Of a DNA stretch of 64,000 nt, positions 63,831 through 64,000 are shown piece by piece. The position numbers and the translations under genes are program-made. How positions within the stretch are numbered: the first letter of the stretch is position 1; each line of letters starts with the position of its first letter. This DNA is from Cercozoa sp. M6MM (taxonomy: Eukaryota > Protista > Endomyxa: Ascetosporea): the NCBI GenBank assembly GCA_040357565.1, contig JBDODJ010000040.1; one strand, given 5' to 3'. The notes under the pieces were generated by a model. The model did not search any database and was not told where the DNA came from. It was given only the letters and a program-made list of their open reading frames with translations.

Positions 63831-64000
63831 CATGTGGTCATGTCCATCGGCGTCGCAGAGGGCAGCACCTCGCTGCAGCAGCAGCGACACGCAGCGTTCG
63901 GCCAGAGCGGCCTCGCGCAGGTGCGGCACCAGCAGCACGCACAGTCGGCCGCTCAGCGACTCCGGCACCAGCGGCTCCAGCGTCACTTTGCTACGGGGGG
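63143..64000 (-). CDS. 3' part of a hypothetical multi-exon gene
   Basis: GC-rich exons (LEPLVPESLSGRLCVLLVPHLREAALAERC..., VLVSLAARYEALQQLYQRF) separated by a (CT)n/(TA)n intron. Stop position uncertain. Confidence 0.45.

Overview
This is a gene-dense nuclear contig from an intron-rich microbial eukaryote; the lineage cannot be fixed from the window alone. It uses the standard genetic code and short GT-AG introns (mostly about 45-150 nt) with very weak splice consensus. About 18 spliced genes can be reconstructed by hand: two edge-truncated hypothetical genes, a large orphan with a C-terminal membrane anchor, adenylate kinase, an SMG1-type PIKK, an RBR-like E3 ligase, a NEK-like kinase, an Mx/dynamin-like GTPase, SNM1/PSO2, a multi-winged-helix (LOTUS/OST-HTH-like) protein with a RING-like C-terminus, a TEX264-like protein, a Rex1-type exonuclease, an annexin, a SANT protein, GTPBP1/2, ATG11/FIP200, RPL15 and a TBL1-like LisH protein. 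The most unusual signals are: (1) introns built from degenerate (C)nTCTTTA / TACCC arrays or pure microsatellites; (2) a decayed RNase H-bearing non-LTR retrotransposon family whose structured 3' modules recur, in one case in permuted order, in intergenic islands; (3) an Mx-like GTPase whose GED appears replaced by a C2-like domain; (4) near-strict alternation of gene orientation and a recurrent CAGTT motif after stop codons. Exon models were built manually, so outer coordinates are approximate where stated. No tRNA, rRNA or CRISPR array was seen.
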